Positions 59,301 through 64,000 of a DNA stretch of 64,000 nt are shown in pieces. The stretch comes from Podarcis erhardii (lineage: Eukaryota), in assembly GCA_964252035.1 (NCBI GenBank), contig OZ176216.1, one strand, 5' to 3'. The notes under the pieces were generated by a model. That model saw nothing but the letters and a program-made list of their open reading frames with translations. It was not told where the DNA came from and did not search any database. Each line of letters starts with the position of its first letter. The first letter of the stretch is position 1. A program made the position numbers and the translations under genes.

Positions 59301-60566
59301 AGAAAGGGCCGCGTTCCTGCCTATAAACAGGAGATTACGCACACAAGGAGAGGGCCAAGGCTGGGGCACACAGGCGATCCGTCATTGATGGCCAAAGGCT
59401 ACCTGCTGGCACAGCGAAGCTTTTCTTTCCTTCCTTGCTCTCTGCAAGAAATTTCTAACCCTGCATGACAGCACCCAGGCACCTCTCCGCACGCTGTGCA
59501 TTCCCCATTCATCTAACCCCAAGACTGCCGGGAACTGTAGTTTACAGGTGTGGGGAATTGTAGCTCTGAGAGGGGTAAGCCAAAGTGCCCAGGATTCCAT
59601 GCTACTCTGCAATGGATCTTCAGGGTCTCAAGGGGAGAGGGACCCGGTACCGGATCTCTTTTAACAAGAGATTGAACCTGGCACCTTCTGCATGCTGCGT
59701 AGTAGCTGCTGAGCTACGGCCTTTGTGGCCCCCCCACTCTGGGGAGATGAGGCCCAGACACACATCCTGCACCAATATGTTGCTGTGCAAAGCATGCCAC
59801 AGATACGTAATCCTTTTAACACTATTAAGCAGGCCAGTATTATTATCCCCATAGTACAGACAGGAAGGTCGAGGCAGGAAGGACAGGCAGGTTGTCTATG
59901 GTTCCTAAAAGAGGCAGGTCTAGGTTTGCAGCTTAGCTATGTGGCTGGCTGGCTGGCTGGCTGGCTGCATTTCCAAGGCCCAAGAAACCCACACATTGCA
60001 GCAGCAGCTCAAAACACAGCGTGATATATTTGGAATTAAATTGCCATTTCCAGAATTAGAAGACCAAAGACCACAAAGGCAGTTATTGCCTGGCACCACC
60101 GCTGCCGGCCTGCGGCCCCTTGGGACAAAACCAGGAGGAAATCACAGCCCAAGGAGGTTCTGTAATTTAAGGAGCAGGATGAAAATCTCCCAGCCCCAAG
60201 GCAGCAGCAACAGTGGGCAGCGCGGAGGAGCTGGGAACATGGCTGGCCCCCTCTCCCCAATTCCTCAACACACAGCTGGAGAAAGCTGCAGAGGGAGAAT
60301 TAGGAACACGGGAAGCTGCCTTCTCCCAGACTGCCAGTCCATCTAGCCCAGTGTTGTCTACACTGACTGGCAACAGCTTTCCACAGTGACTCTCCCAGCC
60401 CCCCGGGATTGAACCGTCTGCACGCCAAGTGTGTTTTGTGTATGTGCAAGGACTGGAGGCAGCTCCCTTTACTGCTGGGAGCTAAATGGGCTGCCCCCCC
60501 CATGCAGCACAAGGGGGTGGGGTACAGTGCGACTATGAGAGCTCCCCCCCCCCACTGGCGAGTCAT

Positions 60567-60913
60567 AGGTAAAGGTAAAGGGACCCCTGACCATGAGGTC
60601 CAGTTGCGGACGACTCTGGGGTTGCCACGCTCATCTCGCTTTATTGGCCGAGGGAGCCGGCGTACAGCTTCCGGATCATGTGGCCAGCAGGACTAAGCCG
60701 CTTCTGGCGAACCAGAGCAGCGCACGGAAACACCGTTTACCTTACCGCCAGAGTGGTACCTATTTATCTACTTGCACTTTGACGTGCTTTCAAACTGCTA
60801 AGTTGGCAGGAGCAGGGACCGAGCAACGGGAGCTCACCTGTCGTGGGGATTCGAACCGCTGACCTTCTGATTGGCAAGTCCTAGGCTTTGGGGTTTAACC
60901 CACAGTGCCACCC
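60567..60913 (-). mobile_element. Sauria SINE
   Basis: AGGTAAAGGTAAAGGGACCCCTGACC...GGATTCGAACCGCTGACC...CACAGTGCCACCC. Confidence 0.9.
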
Positions 60914-61377
60914 AGCAAAGGCCATCTAGTGTGGTGGTTTCTAAAGTGGATGTGTCTTGCCTCCGGGGGGGGGGGGAGGCAGTGGGATGACCTTGGTGGG
61001 AGCTCAGAGGCAAGGGGTCAGCTGGAAGTATAAATGCCTCTCAGACTTTGACAAGCTGGTATTACCGGATCAACTTCATCTGTTCTGTCGACTTAATTAA
61101 ACTAAATAGTTTTAACTGGATTTTGAGCAAATGTGCAATTAATTGTGACCGTTTTAAATTTTATGGTGCTTATTATCCTCCTCAGTGGATAATAAGACCA
61201 CTGTTCTGAACAATGCTTTTTTCAGGGTAGGGGGCACTGAAGCTGAGTTTTCACCCCCACCCCAGCTGCCAAAAAAAGTTTGGGAACCCCTGCCTAAGTC
61301 AGACCTTTCAGAGTCAGCAAGCAGAATAACACCCTCACGTAAGGAAGAAGAGCCTGGTTAATAAATACACGAAATTG

Positions 61378-61383
61378 TTTATT
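61378..61383 (-). terminator. TRAF4 poly(A) signal (3' UTR about 62569 to 61360)
   Basis: TTTATT on + equals AATAAA on -, about 1.2 kb past the stop codon. Confidence 0.6.
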
Positions 61384-62569
61384 TAAAAAAAACACACACA
61401 GAGAGAATGAGAGAGAGGCAGAGAAAGGAAGTCAGGAGCAGAAATCGTAGCTGCTCCTCCCTAACACCCCTGCGGGAGAAAACTGATTCCAAAAACAGGA
61501 CAGAGGATGAAGGAGGACCAGATCCACTCAAAGACTCTGGGGCTCCCTGTACAAAATATGGCTCTGTGATGGAGTAGGGGGGCAGGGGGGCCTCTCCCTG
61601 CCCTACTGCTCCCCCCACTAAACAGGAGATTGATCCAGGCAACTGAGTGGGCGGCAAAGGGGTCCAGGCACGAGGAGAGAAGATTATTGGGGTCAGTAGC
61701 CTCGAGATGCTGGCCAGTGGCCGTACCTGGAAGGTAGAAGGGGCCTCGACCTCCTCAAGTGTCCGTCCAAAGCGACTGCAGGGCATCCCTGAGAGACCAC
61801 CGAGGGAGACAGACAGAAAGACAGACAGATAGACAGGCCCCCATTTAGGGACACATTCTTCCCAGGACTATGGCTAGGAAAGCTGGCTTTTTTGGTGTGG
61901 GGAGAGAAGGAGGGATCTGGTGGAAGACTGGCCCATCACAAAGCCAAAAGCCCCAGTGAGCTCTCTCTCTCACTGGGGGACCCCCCCCCCGAACACCCCA
62001 AAGCCAATCCTGCCGTTTGTCGTGGAGAAAGGGTCAAGCGTTCTTCCTGCCTCTTGAAGCCAAGACCCAAAGGACAAAGACCAGGGCAGGATGCTCTGGA
62101 AGAAGAGCTGAGGAATTATTATTTTTTGGGGGGAGGAAAACAGAGGCAGCCCAGCTGCATTGGCGGGGGGGGGGGGGGAGGAGATGGTCTCAAGGCAGGC
62201 AGGATTTCCTCCTTCAGCTGTAGCAAGTTAGCACCATTTGGGGGCAGGGGGGAGGCTGAGAATCAATCCAGAGGTCAGGACTACAAAGGGCAAGTTGGGC
62301 AAGACAAGAGTACAATATTTTCAGATGCAAAACTCTGATGCAGCACTCTGGAGAATCATAGTCTGAAGGGACTTCCAGGGTCCATTTAGTCCAATGCAGG
62401 AATCACAGCTAGAGAACCCCCCTACCCAAAAAATCTCTTCTTAAAAGACCTCCAGGGAACCGTATAATCACAGACTTGTAGAGTTTCAAGGGCGCACCAA
62501 GGCTCATCCAGTCTGACCCATTGCAAAGCAGGAACAGATTTAATCCCGTCTTTCCGGGGACGAAGGCGC

Positions 62570-63202
62570 TCAGGAGATGATTTTCTGTGGGATCTCCACC
62601 GAGGCCTTGATGAAGACGGCGTTGTCCCTCACGTAGTTGCGCTTCTTGATGTCCTCGTGGGAGATGAACTTGGGGTACCCGAACCCCAGCAGGCTCTCGT
62701 CCAGGGACGTGCGCCCCGCCCCGGGCTTCTGGAAGTTCTTCCAGTTGGGATCCGGCAGGAAGGTCTCGGTGATGTGCTGCGGCTTGGAGAGCGAGGGGTC
62801 GCTCTGGTCCAGCAGGGAGAAGGTGACCCGGTAGGCGAAGGGCCACTCCAGGAGGTTGTCGTACTGGCCGGGCAGGACGCGGATGTAGACCGAGAGGTGG
62901 CTGCCCTCGCCGCTGCCGTTCCCATTGAGGAAGGCCGAGACCTGCAGCCGGTAGCCGTAGCGGTGGGTGTAGAAGGGGGGGCTGAAGGACTCAAAGTTGC
63001 TGCGGGCCTTGGCCTCCTGCAGCTTGCGGGCGTAGTCGGCGATCTTCCAGATCAGGACCCCCTCGCTGCCCACCGCCAGCTCCTCCACCTCGCGGCGGAG
63101 GTCCCCCAGCTCCTGCCGCTGGCGAGCCACCAGGGTGCACATCAGGCCCAGGTGCATCTTCGTGCTCTCGTCCAGGTGGCGGCTCATGGAGAGCTTGGGG
63201 CA
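62570..63202 (-). CDS. TRAF4: TNF receptor-associated factor 4, last coding exon (coiled coil + MATH/TRAF-C domain; 210 aa + stop); upstream exons lie beyond the window
   Basis: CPKLSM.RH..E..K.HL..MC.LV.RQRQEL...GVLIWKI.DY...FSPPFYTHRYGYRLQVSAFLNGNGSGEG.HLS.YIRVLPG.YDNLLEWPF..RVTFSLLDQSDP...FGYPKFISH.DIKKRNYVRD.AVFI.ASVE matches TRAF4; polypyrimidine CGCAG acceptor, phase 0 at 63202. Confidence 0.97.
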   Translation of the reverse strand, partial: CPKLSMSRHLDESTKMHLGLMCTLVARQRQELGDLRREVEELAVGSEGVLIWKIADYARKLQEAKARSNFESFSPPFYTHRYGYRLQVSAFLNGNGSGEGSHLSVYIRVLPGQYDNLLEWPFAYRVTFSLLDQSDPSLSKPQHITETFLPDPNWKNFQKPGAGRTSLDESLLGFGYPKFISHEDIKKRNYVRDNAVFIKASVEIPQKIIS

Positions 63203-64000
63203 CTGCGGGGAGGGGGAGAGAGACCGGGGACATCGTAAGAACGAGAGGCCAGCCTGCTGGGATCAGGGCAGCGGCCCCCCGATCCTTACAGAATCACGAG
63301 GACTAGGAAACTGGACAAAAGCAAGCGCTGAATTCTGTAGTTTGGGTCAAGGGTAAGAAGAGGAGCCCGGGCAGGATCAGGCCAAGGGCCCACCCAGCCC
63401 AGCCTCTTCTCACAACCAGATGCCCCCCTGGAGGAAATTCCGCAAGCAGGATTCGAACACAAGACCAACCTGCATGTAAGAACAGCTCACTGCTTCAGGC
63501 CAGTTGCCCTGCCAGCGCAGCCTCCCATTCGCACAGTGGCCGGCCAGATGCCTATTATGGGAAACCTGCAAGCAGGATCTGCCTCTGACTGGTTGGTGGT
63601 CATCAACAGCCTTCTCCTCCTCCCTGGATCTGCCTAGTCCTCTTTCAAAGCCAGCCAAGATTCTGGCCACAGCTTCCCTCTCCTGCCTTTCTTGCGCAGG
63701 GACTTCAGCACTGGACTACTGCAATGAGCTCTAGGCGGGGCTTCCCACGCAACTGATCTGGAAGCTGCCGTCGGTGCAGGATGCTGCAGCCCGATTGCTG
63801 ACTCAGGAGGGAGGCCTTGTTGGCACTTAACTCCTGCGCTCAGAGAACTGCACTTGCTTTCGGGCCACGTTCAAGGCCTTGCTATTAATATACAAAGCCC
63901 TTAACAACTTGGGGCCAATTTGCCTGTGAGATCCGCTGACCCCATCTAGGCCTCTTCGATTGGGAGAACCAGAATTGTCACCTCTGCCACGTGAGACCCC

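Noticed and set aside
62409-63238. Overlapping ORFs over the TRAF4 last exon
   Set aside because: Shadow ORFs from codon bias; only the frame ending at 62570 matches the MATH domain.
1-64000. CRISPR arrays, rRNA, bona fide tRNA or snoRNA genes
   Set aside because: None seen; all tRNA-like motifs belong to SINE heads, and the recurring direct repeats are dispersed TEs or microsatellites.

Overview
This is squamate reptile genomic DNA (Sauria SINE, BovB, CR1 and L2 repeats; most likely a lacertid lizard), syntenic with human 17q11.2. From left to right it contains: the 3' UTR and poly(A) signal of an upstream + strand gene (FLOT2 by synteny only); the erythroid miR-144/miR-451 cluster on + with a recognisable Pol II promoter, intron and poly(A) signal; a complete 11-exon ERAL1 (+, 473 aa by my splice reconstruction); FAM222B (+, CpG-island first exon, two coding exons, 548 aa); and the last coding exon plus 3' UTR of TRAF4 (-). 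The most notable observations are a G6:G35 mismatch in pre-miR-451 (the fish-type state), a roughly 900-nt TE-expanded spacer between miR-144 and miR-451, a spliced 26-codon ORF and a miR-4732-like degenerate hairpin in the primary transcript, ERAL1 inverted relative to the human arrangement, an in-frame uORF ahead of ERAL1, and a young 121-bp Penelope-like insertion carrying a minimal hammerhead ribozyme core. Cross-species comparisons are from memory and need checking.
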